Below, in pieces: positions 49,871 through 60,263 of a stretch of DNA of 64,000 nucleotides; the stretch's first letter is position 1, and the number at the start of each line of letters is the position of its first letter. The stretch spans positions 9,862-73,861 of the forward strand of contig JBMYWP010000006.1 in assembly GCA_049607525.1 (NCBI GenBank), written 5' to 3'. A model generated the notes under the pieces. That model was not told where the DNA came from. It saw only the letters and a program-made list of their open reading frames with translations, and ran no database searches. Origin of the DNA: Flavobacteriales bacterium. GTDB lineage: Bacteria; Bacteroidota; Bacteroidia; Flavobacteriales; CAJXXR01. The translations under genes and the position numbers were made by a program.

Positions 49871-50344
49871 ATGATTTATTCAAACCTACCAATTAGTACA
49901 AACGAAATTAAAACAATTGAATCTAAAATGGAACAAATGAGTCTTTACGGAGGGATAAGTGTCCGTATTGTTCAGTCTACTCCAGAAAAAGTGGTTGTTC
50001 GAGTAGAACAAATGAATTTAAGATTGGGAATTATTTTCAACAAAAAAGAACTTGCCGCTCGTGCCAGAAAAGTGATAGAACCAATTTTAGGAAAAGTAAA
50101 AATATTTTATTGGCCAATTGTATTTCAACCAAAAGTTGGAAGTTTAGATTTATTTTGGTTAAAAAGTAAAATGGAAGAATACCAACTTAAAATTACAGAT
50201 TTGGCAAATCAATTTAGCTTGGAAGAAGATGAATTGGCAAACGTTTTCACTGGAAATCTTCCTTTAACAAAGATGTTAAAATCTGCATTCTTTTACTTTT
50301 TCCATACTTTAGATATGAATGAAAAAATGAAAGAAGTCGTCTAA
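49871..50344 (+). CDS. Hypothetical protein with a C-terminal XRE-like helix-turn-helix
   Basis: WLKSKMEEYQLKITDLANQFSLEEDELANVFTG resembles an XRE HTH. ATG at 49871. Confidence 0.6.
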   Translation: MIYSNLPISTNEIKTIESKMEQMSLYGGISVRIVQSTPEKVVVRVEQMNLRLGIIFNKKELAARARKVIEPILGKVKIFYWPIVFQPKVGSLDLFWLKSKMEEYQLKITDLANQFSLEEDELANVFTGNLPLTKMLKSAFFYFFHTLDMNEKMKEVV

Positions 50345-50419
50345 CTTCCTTCGAGTAGTTTTAAGATATAGAAATTACTTTCTTAAGATTTCGTAAGTTT
50401 GATTCTCAATCAAACCTCT

Positions 50420-51874
50420 ATGAAAAACACATTCTGCATATTCATTATTATTTTGTTCTTTACTCCTTTTATATCAAAGGCACAAAATGAGTATGTTATA
50501 AAATTTAAATCCAATATTTCTAGTCAAACTTATAATCATCACAAAAGAGAATTATCAAATTATAACATTAAAACCTTTGCTCGTAAAGAAAAAGGTCACC
50601 CCTATTACAATTTAATAAAAGTAAAAACTCAAAATTTTGATTTAGAATCTTGGCAAAACAACAAAGATGTATTGTTTGCCGAAAAACTTCCTCAAACTCA
50701 TTTTGCAACAGATACATTACCTTCAGATCCGTATTACCCATTTCAATGGGAAATGAAATACCTAGAACTTCCTCAGGTTTGGATAGAACTTCAAGACAAC
50801 GATACCAATGCAACAGTGGCAGTGGTAGATTCTGGAACCGACTTCGATCATGAAGATTTACAACGCGTTTATTACAATATAGATGATCCCATAAATGGGG
50901 TTGATGATGATAACAACGGATTTGTTGATGATTTTAGAGGTTGGGATTTTGGAGAATATGACAACAACCCAGAATTAACTTCATTTTCTGATCACGGGAG
51001 AGAAATGACATCTTTGGTCGCTGGTGAAACCAATAATGGTAAAGGAATCGCTAATATTTCTTACAATTTAAAATACCTTCCCATAAAAATAACAGACGAC
51101 AATGGTGTAATTACCGATCCGTTCGAAGGTGTAACCTATGCTATAGACCGGGGAATAAAGGTTATAAATTGTTCTTGGTATCAAACTGCAAAAAGTATTT
51201 ATGCCGAAAGTGTGGTAGATTATGCCGTACAAAACAATGTAATGATTATTGCAGCGGCAGGAAACGAAAACTCTAGCAAGGAAACCTATCCAGGAAGTGA
51301 CTCAAGAGTATTATGTGTTGGTGGAATAAATAAATTAGAAACCAAGTCCAATGTATCAAATTATGGTAATTGGGTAGACATTTACTCGCCAGCAGAAGAT
51401 ATTTATGTGGCATTTCCTATGCAAAACTATTTTCCGAAGGGTGGAACATCTGTTGCAACTGCACTTACCAGCTCTGCATTTTGTTTACTGAAAAAGATTT
51501 TTCCTTCTGAAACAAACGTTCAAATAAAAAACAGGTTAATTCAATCTGGAAAACCATTTATTTACAATGGATCACAAGGGAAAATTATCAATTTAAAACA
51601 AGCTATTACAGATGAAACTTCAACAGTTTTTCAAATTTTCCCGAATCCAAGCCAAGGCGATATTCAAATCACAATTCCAGAAATTTCACAGAATACCCAA
51701 CTTAGTTTAGTTTTAATAAATCTTTTAGGACAAGAAGTACACCGGTCGACACATTTGGTTAATTCTGGGAATAAAACCATCAAAACAACACTGAATGTTA
51801 AAAGTGGACAGTATTTTATTCGGGTTTTTGGGCAAAAAATTGATAAATCGGGACGTATAACCCTTGCGCGATAA
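50420..51874 (+). CDS. S8 family serine peptidase with T9SS CTD
   Basis: Triad VVDSG / DHG / GTSVA, oxyanion AAAGN, CTD IFPNPS...INLLGQ. Confidence 0.92.
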   Translation: MKNTFCIFIIILFFTPFISKAQNEYVIKFKSNISSQTYNHHKRELSNYNIKTFARKEKGHPYYNLIKVKTQNFDLESWQNNKDVLFAEKLPQTHFATDTLPSDPYYPFQWEMKYLELPQVWIELQDNDTNATVAVVDSGTDFDHEDLQRVYYNIDDPINGVDDDNNGFVDDFRGWDFGEYDNNPELTSFSDHGREMTSLVAGETNNGKGIANISYNLKYLPIKITDDNGVITDPFEGVTYAIDRGIKVINCSWYQTAKSIYAESVVDYAVQNNVMIIAAAGNENSSKETYPGSDSRVLCVGGINKLETKSNVSNYGNWVDIYSPAEDIYVAFPMQNYFPKGGTSVATALTSSAFCLLKKIFPSETNVQIKNRLIQSGKPFIYNGSQGKIINLKQAITDETSTVFQIFPNPSQGDIQITIPEISQNTQLSLVLINLLGQEVHRSTHLVNSGNKTIKTTLNVKSGQYFIRVFGQKIDKSGRITLAR

Positions 51875-51917
51875 AGAAGAATGATTAAATTTGTTGACCT
51901 TCAAAAAAATTAATGTT

Positions 51918-52340
51918 ATGATGAACTTACAAGGAATACTTTCCATTTCTGGAAAGCCAGGTCTATATAAAATTTTAGGACAATCTCGCGGTGGAGTTTT
52001 AGTTAACCGTATTGGAGAAACTAGAAAACTATCTATTCCAGGATCTGCGCGTATGAGCGCCTTAGAAGATATTGCTATATATACTTACGATGAAGAAATT
52101 CCTTTAAAGAAAGTAATGTTTAATATTTTCAATAAAGAAGAAGGAAAAGCAACCATTTCTCATAAATCGAGTAAAGATGAGTTACAAGATTTTTTTAGAG
52201 ATGTACTTGACGAATATGATGAAGATAGAGTTTATGCTTCCGACATCAAAAAAATAGTACAATGGTATAATATTCTTCAAGCGAGTTCTCTTCTTGTTGT
52301 AGAAGAAGAAAAGAAAGAAGAGGAAGAAAGTGCAAAATAA
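51918..52340 (+). CDS. DUF5606 family protein
   Basis: ILSISGKPGLY, LEDIAIYT and YDEDRVYASDIKK..QWYN motifs. Confidence 0.88.
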   Translation: MMNLQGILSISGKPGLYKILGQSRGGVLVNRIGETRKLSIPGSARMSALEDIAIYTYDEEIPLKKVMFNIFNKEEGKATISHKSSKDELQDFFRDVLDEYDEDRVYASDIKKIVQWYNILQASSLLVVEEEKKEEEESAK

Positions 52341-52360
52341 TGTACTTCTAAACTAAATAT

Positions 52361-52393
52361 AAAAAAGGCAATCTCAATGAGGTTGTCTTTTTT
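52361..52393 (+). terminator. Rho-independent terminator
   Basis: aaaaaaggcaatctc-aat-gaggttgtctttttt with G-U pairs. Confidence 0.8.
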
Positions 52394-52593
52394 GTTTTAA
52401 ATGGAATATTCAACAGTATAATTAGTCATTTTTTTTGCGTCTGAACAATTATCTCCAAAAGTAAATACAAGCCTTAAACCTTAGTAGAATTACAACAAAA
52501 AACTATGAATATCTCCCCTACCCAAACAATTCTATGTGGTGACATATTCGCGAAAATATAATTTTACCTATCTTCGTTTAATACGATTATTAC

Positions 52594-54663
52594 ATGAAAG
52601 ATTTTTTTACAAAAATAGCCATGCAGCATATATTGATTTTTAGAATATTCATTCTATGCACAAGTATATGGTTGGTTACTTATTTAATGCCCAGAGAAAT
52701 TCGCTTTAAGTATGAATATTCACAAGGTAAACCTTGGTTGTATGAAAATTTATATGCCGATTTTTCTTTTTCCATTACAAAAGATCTTGATGAAATAAAT
52801 TCTGAAAAGGAAATCATAAGAGCACAGGCAAAACAGTATTTCTATAAAGATTCCGTTCATTACAAAACTCAACTAGTCGCATTTGATGCTAACTACAATA
52901 GCTTTCTTTCAAAATCAATTATTCCGATAGATAGTTTAACGACCGATTCAACAAACTTTCTATTACTTTCGGCATTAAAAGCCGATTACAAACAATATTT
53001 AATTGATGTTTATCAAAAGGGAATTCTTCCAAACTCTGTACAAAACACAAGCAATATTTGGTTTAGATCAGGAAGTAATGTCCACCTTTTAAAACAAAAT
53101 GAATTTTATTCCTTAAGACAGGTTTTAAGTCAAATACCAACCTCTAAAATAAATCCCGAAATAGACGCTGCAATACAAAATATTCTTGCTCAATCTATTC
53201 AACCAAATATTATTCTCGATCACAATTTAACGTCCCGTGATTTAGAACAGACTTTATCCAAAATTCCTTTAGTAAAAGATGTTATAGAACAAGAAGCCTT
53301 AATTATTGCCAAAGGTCAACTGGTAAATGCTCTAACCTATCAAAAAATATTGTCTTATCAAAAGGAATTTGAGAATAGAAACACCAACCAAATTAATATT
53401 GTATTGCTGTGGTTTGGTCAAATATTAATGGTGAGTTTATGTTTACTCGTTTTGTATTTCTTTATCAATCAGTTTAGAGAAGATATTATAGAAAACAGTA
53501 CAAACATGTCCTTTATCTTTTTTAATGTAGTTTTCATGTTTGCCATTGCTAAATTGGGTGTGTATTTCCAAGCCGATTATATTTACGCCATTCCGTTTTG
53601 CTTGCTACCAATTGTTTTAAAAGCTTTTTACGACACTAGATTGGCATTATTTGCGCATTTAATTACCATTCTTCTTATCGCATTTCTGGTTCCAGATAGT
53701 TTTGAATTTATCTTCTTACAACTAATGGGTGGTATTATTTCTATTCTTGCTGTAATGAGTATGTACCGTAGAGCAGATATTTTTATTTCGGCAGTTAAAA
53801 TAATATGTGTGTATGCCTTGTCTTATTTGGCCATGGAAATTTTACAAAATACATCTATAGAAAGCATTGATTACTCTAAACTCTATCATTTATTTATTGC
53901 TGGGTCTTTAACTATTATTGCTTATCCATTAATATATATTTTCGAAAAACTATTTGGTATTACATCAGACGTTTCATTGTTGGAATTGGCAGATACGAAC
54001 AGCCCTTTATTAAAAAAACTACAAGAAAAAGCGCCTGGAACATTCCAGCATTCCCTTCAAGTGGCAAACCTTGCCGAATCTGGTGTCAATGAAATTGGCG
54101 GAAATGTTTTGTTGGTGAGAGTAGGCGCCCTCTATCATGATATTGGAAAAATGCACACGCCAACATATTTTATTGAAAACCAACACACCGATGTTAACCC
54201 ACATGATGAACTTGAGTTTAACCAAAGTGCAAAAATTATTATAGATCATGTTGTGAACGGTGTAGAAATTGCAAAAAAACATAAATTACCCGATCGAATT
54301 ATCGACTTTATTCGAACGCATCACGGAAGTAGTACTGTTCAGTATTTTTATAAACAATATTTAAATAATTTTCCGGATGGTAAACTGACTCAGAACGCCT
54401 TTAGATATCCCGGGCCTAAACCTTTTTCGAAAGAAACAGCTGTTTTAATGATGGCAGATTCTGTTGAAGCCGCTTCTAAGAGTATTAAAGATATTAATGC
54501 CCAAAAAATTGATGGACTGGTAGAAAAGATAATTGATTATCAAATGAGCAGCGGAGAATTAGATAATGCCGATATTTCTCTAAAACAAATAACCCTGATT
54601 AAAAAGATTTTCAAGAAAAAACTAAGAAATATCTACCATGTAAGAATTGAATATCCAGAGTAG
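52594..54663 (+). CDS. 7TM-HD (HDIG) phosphohydrolase, PgpH-like
   Basis: Extracytoplasmic domain, TM helices, APGTFQHS, LYHDIGK, THHG and ADSVEAAS. Confidence 0.92.
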   Translation: MKDFFTKIAMQHILIFRIFILCTSIWLVTYLMPREIRFKYEYSQGKPWLYENLYADFSFSITKDLDEINSEKEIIRAQAKQYFYKDSVHYKTQLVAFDANYNSFLSKSIIPIDSLTTDSTNFLLLSALKADYKQYLIDVYQKGILPNSVQNTSNIWFRSGSNVHLLKQNEFYSLRQVLSQIPTSKINPEIDAAIQNILAQSIQPNIILDHNLTSRDLEQTLSKIPLVKDVIEQEALIIAKGQLVNALTYQKILSYQKEFENRNTNQINIVLLWFGQILMVSLCLLVLYFFINQFREDIIENSTNMSFIFFNVVFMFAIAKLGVYFQADYIYAIPFCLLPIVLKAFYDTRLALFAHLITILLIAFLVPDSFEFIFLQLMGGIISILAVMSMYRRADIFISAVKIICVYALSYLAMEILQNTSIESIDYSKLYHLFIAGSLTIIAYPLIYIFEKLFGITSDVSLLELADTNSPLLKKLQEKAPGTFQHSLQVANLAESGVNEIGGNVLLVRVGALYHDIGKMHTPTYFIENQHTDVNPHDELEFNQSAKIIIDHVVNGVEIAKKHKLPDRIIDFIRTHHGSSTVQYFYKQYLNNFPDGKLTQNAFRYPGPKPFSKETAVLMMADSVEAASKSIKDINAQKIDGLVEKIIDYQMSSGELDNADISLKQITLIKKIFKKKLRNIYHVRIEYPE

Positions 54664-54852
54664 GATCGATATTGTATAAAGCATCTAGGTTTGAATAAAG
54701 TAATCTCTTTAAAAGAGGTATCTTTTTTAAAGAGAGTATAAGTTTTACAAAGTCAAAATAATCAACCTAAATTCCAACTCATAATATGGTTAAGCTCGAT
54801 TTGGTGGAGGAAATTACTTAAAACACACGTTGCTTTTTCAGCAAAAAGAATA

Positions 54853-56277
54853 TTAATCTAGTATTAAATTCCCTTTGTCATCAAACTTTTTACAAACATA
54901 CTGAATACTATAATCTGACTTTGTTCCCATTTCCTCACTGGTATAGTTATAAACTTTATTTCCAGAAAAATGATGTAAAACAGGTGTTCCGTCTGGAAGA
55001 AGATACCAAATTGAAGAACCTAATTCGCTTGTTAACTCAAACATAAGAACTTTGTTGAGGTATTCATCTTTAAATCTAAAATTACAGCCGCAATACAAGT
55101 GTTTGAATTCATCTTCAATGTCTCCTTTATCGAAATTCTCCCATTGTTTCTTATTTCTATTGAAACTATCTTTTAGATAATCATTCATCCCATTATTATC
55201 AAAATAAAATAGTGTTAATTTACTTGTCGTATCTTGTTTCAAATATTCCATCAGAAATTTCACTTCTTTAACGCGATCTAACATTTTTGTATAATTATTA
55301 AGCAAAGAATCTCTGGGATAAAGTGAATTTCCTTGCTTTGATATGAAGAATACTAATTCCATATTATGAGGTATCCTATTATTTTTCAGAACAATTCTAA
55401 ACACTGGTTCTTTCCTATTTATCATACTAACATACCTACCATGTATCCCATATTCTGAAATTTCTATAATATCAAATTCCAATGCCAACTCAGAAAACTC
55501 CTCATGGTACTTATTCACTGCAAGACTATCAAGCACTTTTACCCATTTTTTATTATATAAGTCGTAAGTCAAATTGAACAGAATTCCCTTTGTTGTTCCA
55601 TTTAAATTTAGGCTAATAATCCTTTCTTTCCTAGGCAAAAGTTCTGAAAACAACAAACCAATTTGTGGATTATACGATTTTCTAGAATCAATCCACCAAG
55701 GTAAACCATAGGATCCTGATGAAGGTAGGATTTCCATTTCGACTTCTCCTTGTTTGTATATTTTAATACTAAATTTCGAAGAAGGTATAGGAGTAATAGC
55801 TTTAGGATATAAGCTATCAAAGGCATTTTGATAATTACTATACTCAGATAATTCTTTTTTAATGTAATCAACCTGAAAGTCTTTCCAATAGTAATATTTA
55901 CTTCTGATATATTCAAATTGGCTATTTACACTACGCTCTACTATTTCTTTGGTAACACCAAAATGCCTTAATTTAGTTTCCGCATAATTTGTATCTTCAA
56001 GACATTGTATAAATTGTTCAATTTCTTTAAAAGACACTGTATTTATTTGAATTCTTCTACCATTCTTTTTTCCTTTTGGAGTGCGTTCGTTTCTGATAAA
56101 CTTATAGGTTTGATAAACAACATAAACCTCAGAGTTTTTAACGATTGAATATTCTGTATTGTTTACCCATGGATATGAAAAAAAAGAGCTTGAACGATCA
56201 CTTACTCGAATACTATCTGGAAGATTGGCAAACAATAAATTACTGATAAATATGAATAATATTTGAATACATTTCAT
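54853..56277 (-). CDS. Hypothetical exported protein
   Basis: 474-aa ORF with signal-peptide-like N-terminus; no family recognised. Confidence 0.75.
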   Translation of the reverse strand: MKCIQILFIFISNLLFANLPDSIRVSDRSSSFFSYPWVNNTEYSIVKNSEVYVVYQTYKFIRNERTPKGKKNGRRIQINTVSFKEIEQFIQCLEDTNYAETKLRHFGVTKEIVERSVNSQFEYIRSKYYYWKDFQVDYIKKELSEYSNYQNAFDSLYPKAITPIPSSKFSIKIYKQGEVEMEILPSSGSYGLPWWIDSRKSYNPQIGLLFSELLPRKERIISLNLNGTTKGILFNLTYDLYNKKWVKVLDSLAVNKYHEEFSELALEFDIIEISEYGIHGRYVSMINRKEPVFRIVLKNNRIPHNMELVFFISKQGNSLYPRDSLLNNYTKMLDRVKEVKFLMEYLKQDTTSKLTLFYFDNNGMNDYLKDSFNRNKKQWENFDKGDIEDEFKHLYCGCNFRFKDEYLNKVLMFELTSELGSSIWYLLPDGTPVLHHFSGNKVYNYTSEEMGTKSDYSIQYVCKKFDDKGNLILD

Positions 56278-56825
56278 TTTTTGATTTTCCTTAAATTTAT
56301 TACAGAAAGTGTTTTATTTTTTTTTATATAACTCCACCTTTCTTTCAAAAATACATTTTGATTAGAACACAAACAAATGAAAACAATGATAATATAATAA
56401 TAAAATAATAACCTTTTTGTTTCTGCAATTGAATGCTATGCAAACGCCCCCATCTTCTTCTCTTTCAAAAATGCTAACAGAATGTAAATACAAAACGAAC
56501 TACACCATCTAAATACTTTTCTTAACCAATGTCAATTAGATATTTTTCAGTTATTTTGTCTCTCTTTAATCCATCTTATTATAGAGATTTATTATTAGGA
56601 TGATTCTAAATAAATTTATTCTAGCCATTTCATTATGGGGTAACAAAGAAAAACATACACAAAATATATAGTAAGTTATTATTAGCAATAAAACATCTAA
56701 ACTAAAAAGAACAATCAATATCATGTAATTTATATAGTAATTTATATGATTTCATTTATACCAATACTCTCACCATTTGACTTTATTTGCTGAAGGAAAA
56801 CAATAATTAAAAAAACAACAACGTC

Positions 56826-57911
56826 ATGGAATTCAACAACAAAAAACTAAAACGAACGTCAACCATAATAAACAGATTAATTTCTGTTATTCTTTGCTTC
56901 TTTCTTATCGGGTTAACCTCAACAATATTAGATGATCTTGACCCGTACAGTGCTCGACCACAACAGGAAGATTTTATCAATCAACCGAAAATTGATTTAG
57001 TCCAAGGGAAAATTGATAGTATTTATTTAATTGTTGAACAAAAAGATGAAAAGCTAGAGCAAATAAATACAACATTATCTCTTGCAAAAAAAGAACATCA
57101 AAATGCTAAAGAGTCTTTTAATAATTGGATTAAAACAAGAAAAAACGCAACTTTAGGTCAATCCGATCAAAAAATTCAAAAGCGTATAAACAAACTCGAT
57201 ATCCTTCTTGAGAATCAACAAAAAATAGAGACCACAAAATCGGGTCTTTTAGCGGAGAAAAACAAGCTAATAAAACAAGCTGAGTCGTACAGAGATGAGC
57301 TTTCTAAAATAAATACCGAGGCTTATGATTTGCAATTTAAAGCTCAAAAATCTCACGATTTAAAGGTTTTTCTTTACCGACTTCTATTCATATTACCAAT
57401 ATTGGCATTGGGTATCTTCTTTTTTCTTAAAAAGAGAAAACATAAATATAGTCCAATTTTTATTGGATTTACCTTTTACTCTGTTTATGCCTTTTTCTTT
57501 GGATTAGTACCTTATTTACCAAGTTATGGTGGATATATACGTTATGTAATTGGTATTGTACTTTGTATTGTTTTAGGAAAATATGTCATAAACAGATTCC
57601 GAAAATTTGTTGAGACAAAAAAGAAAGAATTAGAAAAACCAAGTGGAGATCGTGCAAAGAAAATTCAATTAGACAGTGCCGAAAATGCTTTAGAAAAACA
57701 CCTTTGTCCATCTTGTGGTAAGGACTTTCTATTAAAAACTTGGCACCCTGGAAAAGGAAAAACCAACAGTCAATTTACATTTACCCCAAGTAAACATTGT
57801 CGTTTTTGTGGTCTTCAATTGTTTGTAAACTGTAACAGTTGTGAAACCGAAAACTTTATTCACCTACCATTTTGTTCTACTTGTGGGGATAAAACGACAG
57901 TTAATGACTAG
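56826..57911 (+). CDS. Membrane protein with periplasmic coiled coil and C-terminal double zinc ribbon
   Basis: TM, coiled coil, three TM (LVPYLPSYGGY), then CPSC, CRFC, CNSC and CSTC pairs. Confidence 0.85.
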   Translation: MEFNNKKLKRTSTIINRLISVILCFFLIGLTSTILDDLDPYSARPQQEDFINQPKIDLVQGKIDSIYLIVEQKDEKLEQINTTLSLAKKEHQNAKESFNNWIKTRKNATLGQSDQKIQKRINKLDILLENQQKIETTKSGLLAEKNKLIKQAESYRDELSKINTEAYDLQFKAQKSHDLKVFLYRLLFILPILALGIFFFLKKRKHKYSPIFIGFTFYSVYAFFFGLVPYLPSYGGYIRYVIGIVLCIVLGKYVINRFRKFVETKKKELEKPSGDRAKKIQLDSAENALEKHLCPSCGKDFLLKTWHPGKGKTNSQFTFTPSKHCRFCGLQLFVNCNSCETENFIHLPFCSTCGDKTTVND

Positions 57912-57920
57912 TTCTTTTTA

Positions 57921-58018
57921 GTTGTCATTAAGTAACTTCCTGCTCTTTTGTAGTTTTACTTCGGAAAATTTAAAAAGCAGGAAGTTTCACTTCTATATAA
58001 AAACAACAAATGTTAGAA
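57921..58018 (+). other. attC-like imperfect palindrome (relic)
   Basis: aagt+aacttcctgct (57930-57944) pairs with agcaggaagtt-[tc]-actt (57976-57992) with a 2-nt bulge; gttagaa at 58012-58018. Confidence 0.4.
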
Positions 58019-58661
58019 TATTTTACTTTCTCATAGATTCGACTTGAGTTAGCTGGGTTCAATCCTCTTGTCTTCTTAATATTATTAGCACAAATGAAAA
58101 GTTAAATACAAAATTCAGGTGCTTAATCAAGTATAAATCGTAATCTATTTCTCTCGCCTTAATAACTATTAAACATCGAAATATTTTACTTTTTCACACT
58201 TTTTAATATTTTTAAAATCCTATAAACTGAAACCTCAGAAGCTTAATACAAAGCCTTTTGAGGTTTTCTTTTATGTAAAAAAACAAATGTACATTTAATC
58301 AAAAAAACACTCAACATTAAATACTTAAGCAATTTAAACTTACCAAATAAACACATTGATAAGAAAATCATAACAGCCTCCACAAAAGATATTTTGTTAA
58401 GACAAGTCCCACAAACTTTGAGCAAAGATTCTTTAAACAAGGTGGTGATATATAAAATATTTTATTGGCCATGTTAGATTTAATGCGAAAACACTAGGGA
58501 AATGGCATTTGGCTAAGACTGTCCAAAATATTTTTATGACAACTCTTAAAAGCAAACCATTTCACTAGCCACAGTGTTTTTCTAAAACAAATTATAAATG
58601 TGTTTCATGAGATTGTATTAAAGTACAATGGACTATACAAAATATAAATAATGATGAAAAC

Positions 58662-58694
58662 AAAAAAGCCATTTCAAATGAATGAAATGGCTTT
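58662..58694 (-). terminator. ompA terminator
   Basis: aaagccatttca/tgaaatggcttt stem with a U tract on the minus strand. Confidence 0.85.
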
Positions 58695-58736
58695 ATGATA
58701 AAAGTTTATTTGAACACCTGGTTCAATAACTTAACC

Positions 58737-60059
58737 TTATTTTACTGCGAAGTCAACACGACGGTTAACACGATCTAATTTAGAAAGTAATTTAGACTCA
58801 CCTCTTGATTCAGTAGAAATTCTTGATTCGTCAATTCCGAAACTAGAAACTAATACTTTTCTTACTGCAGCAGTTCTTTTGTTAGACAACTTCATGTTGA
58901 ATGACTCAGATCCACGCTTATCAGCATAACCAATTAAAGTTACTTTAGCATTTTCATGTTCTTGTAAGTATAATGCGATATTAGCTAAAGCTAAATATTC
59001 GTTTCTGCTTACAGTTGAACTACTAGAGTTAAAGTATACAGGTGTAAAGTTAACATCTCCAGTTCCACCAGCTTCAATAGAACGTCCTTGGAAGTTTACC
59101 AATTGTCCTTTTGGAGTATTTGGCTCTCTATCTTCATCATCATGAACACCATCTCCATCAGCATCTTTCCAAGCTTTTTTATCAACTTTGTTTGCTAAAT
59201 CGCTTTCAACTTTGTTGAAACGCTCATCGATGTTAGATAATTTTGTATTGATTTCAGCAATATCAGAAGAATTCTTAGCGATAGAAGAAGACATATCTGC
59301 GAAAGAATTATTCCACTTATATCCTTTTTCACCTTCGTTTCTTGAAGATAAATCGAAGTTTAATCCTAATCCAGAAATAACAAATAAATCATTTCTTGAT
59401 GCAGTTCCAACATTATCTAAATCTCCACTTTTAGTTGTGTATAATTTAGAGAAAGCAGTTAAAGATAAACGGTTAGCAAAACGCCAATCCAATCCAGCTC
59501 CAATAAAAGCAGCTAACATTCTATCTGTTCCGTGTTCAGTTTCAACACCTTTTCCACCAGCAGTACGTTGCTCTACAGTAAAAGTTGTTGCTTGAGCCCA
59601 CATTAATCCTGCTCCCGCCTCAGCGAATACATTTACTTTAGGTTGTTTACCTAAGTGCTCAGACATACGGCTTAAGCTTACTCTACTTGACAATGTTAAA
59701 AGATCGAAATCAATTTTTGTTGCATTAGTTGAATAAGGTGCATCTTTAGTGATTGAAGTAGATCCTGTCATTGAAGCTCCAGAATATTCTAATCCTAAAT
59801 CAAAAACTGGAGATAATTGCTTTGCTAAACGAACTCCGAATCCTAAATCGAAATCGTCCTTATATCCCATATCAACATCAGAACCGTTAATTTCTTCAGT
59901 TTCTTGAGTATGTAATCCGCGCGCATTTCCACCTAAAAAGTTGTGGTTTAAACTAGCTTGGATTGACCAATCGTTAAAAAATTTGTGACTTTTTTCTTGT
60001 GCATTTGCAATAGAGCAAGATGCTAAGATTGCAGCGGCTAATACTAGACTACGTTTCAT
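58737..60059 (-). CDS. ompA: OmpA family protein (beta-barrel, coiled coil, TSP3-like repeat, OmpA C-domain)
   Basis: Signal peptide ANAQ, DADGDGVHDDED, GYADKRGS..FNMKLS.KR and NRRVDF. Confidence 0.93.
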   Translation of the reverse strand: MKRSLVLAAAILASCSIANAQEKSHKFFNDWSIQASLNHNFLGGNARGLHTQETEEINGSDVDMGYKDDFDLGFGVRLAKQLSPVFDLGLEYSGASMTGSTSITKDAPYSTNATKIDFDLLTLSSRVSLSRMSEHLGKQPKVNVFAEAGAGLMWAQATTFTVEQRTAGGKGVETEHGTDRMLAAFIGAGLDWRFANRLSLTAFSKLYTTKSGDLDNVGTASRNDLFVISGLGLNFDLSSRNEGEKGYKWNNSFADMSSSIAKNSSDIAEINTKLSNIDERFNKVESDLANKVDKKAWKDADGDGVHDDEDREPNTPKGQLVNFQGRSIEAGGTGDVNFTPVYFNSSSSTVSRNEYLALANIALYLQEHENAKVTLIGYADKRGSESFNMKLSNKRTAAVRKVLVSSFGIDESRISTESRGESKLLSKLDRVNRRVDFAVK

Positions 60060-60263
60060 TTCTATTTTAAATTAATTTTGAGACAAAAGTAAATAATTCT
60101 ATCATTAAAGAAACAGATATTATCATATTTATTCGTTAAAATCGATAAAATATCAAATTTAGGACAACAACGTTCAATATCACCCTTCGAATGACAATAA
60201 CATCCTTTTATTCTTTAATTTTAATTATTCATATTCTGGCAAATATACATATAATTACTCATA

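Noticed and set aside
50420-51874. Inactive S8 pseudo-protease (HGREM, GTSVA variants)
   Set aside because: Asp, His, Ser and the oxyanion Asn are all present.
58243-58440. 65-aa ORF or IS remnant
   Set aside because: No transposase motif or matching terminal inverted repeats could be identified.
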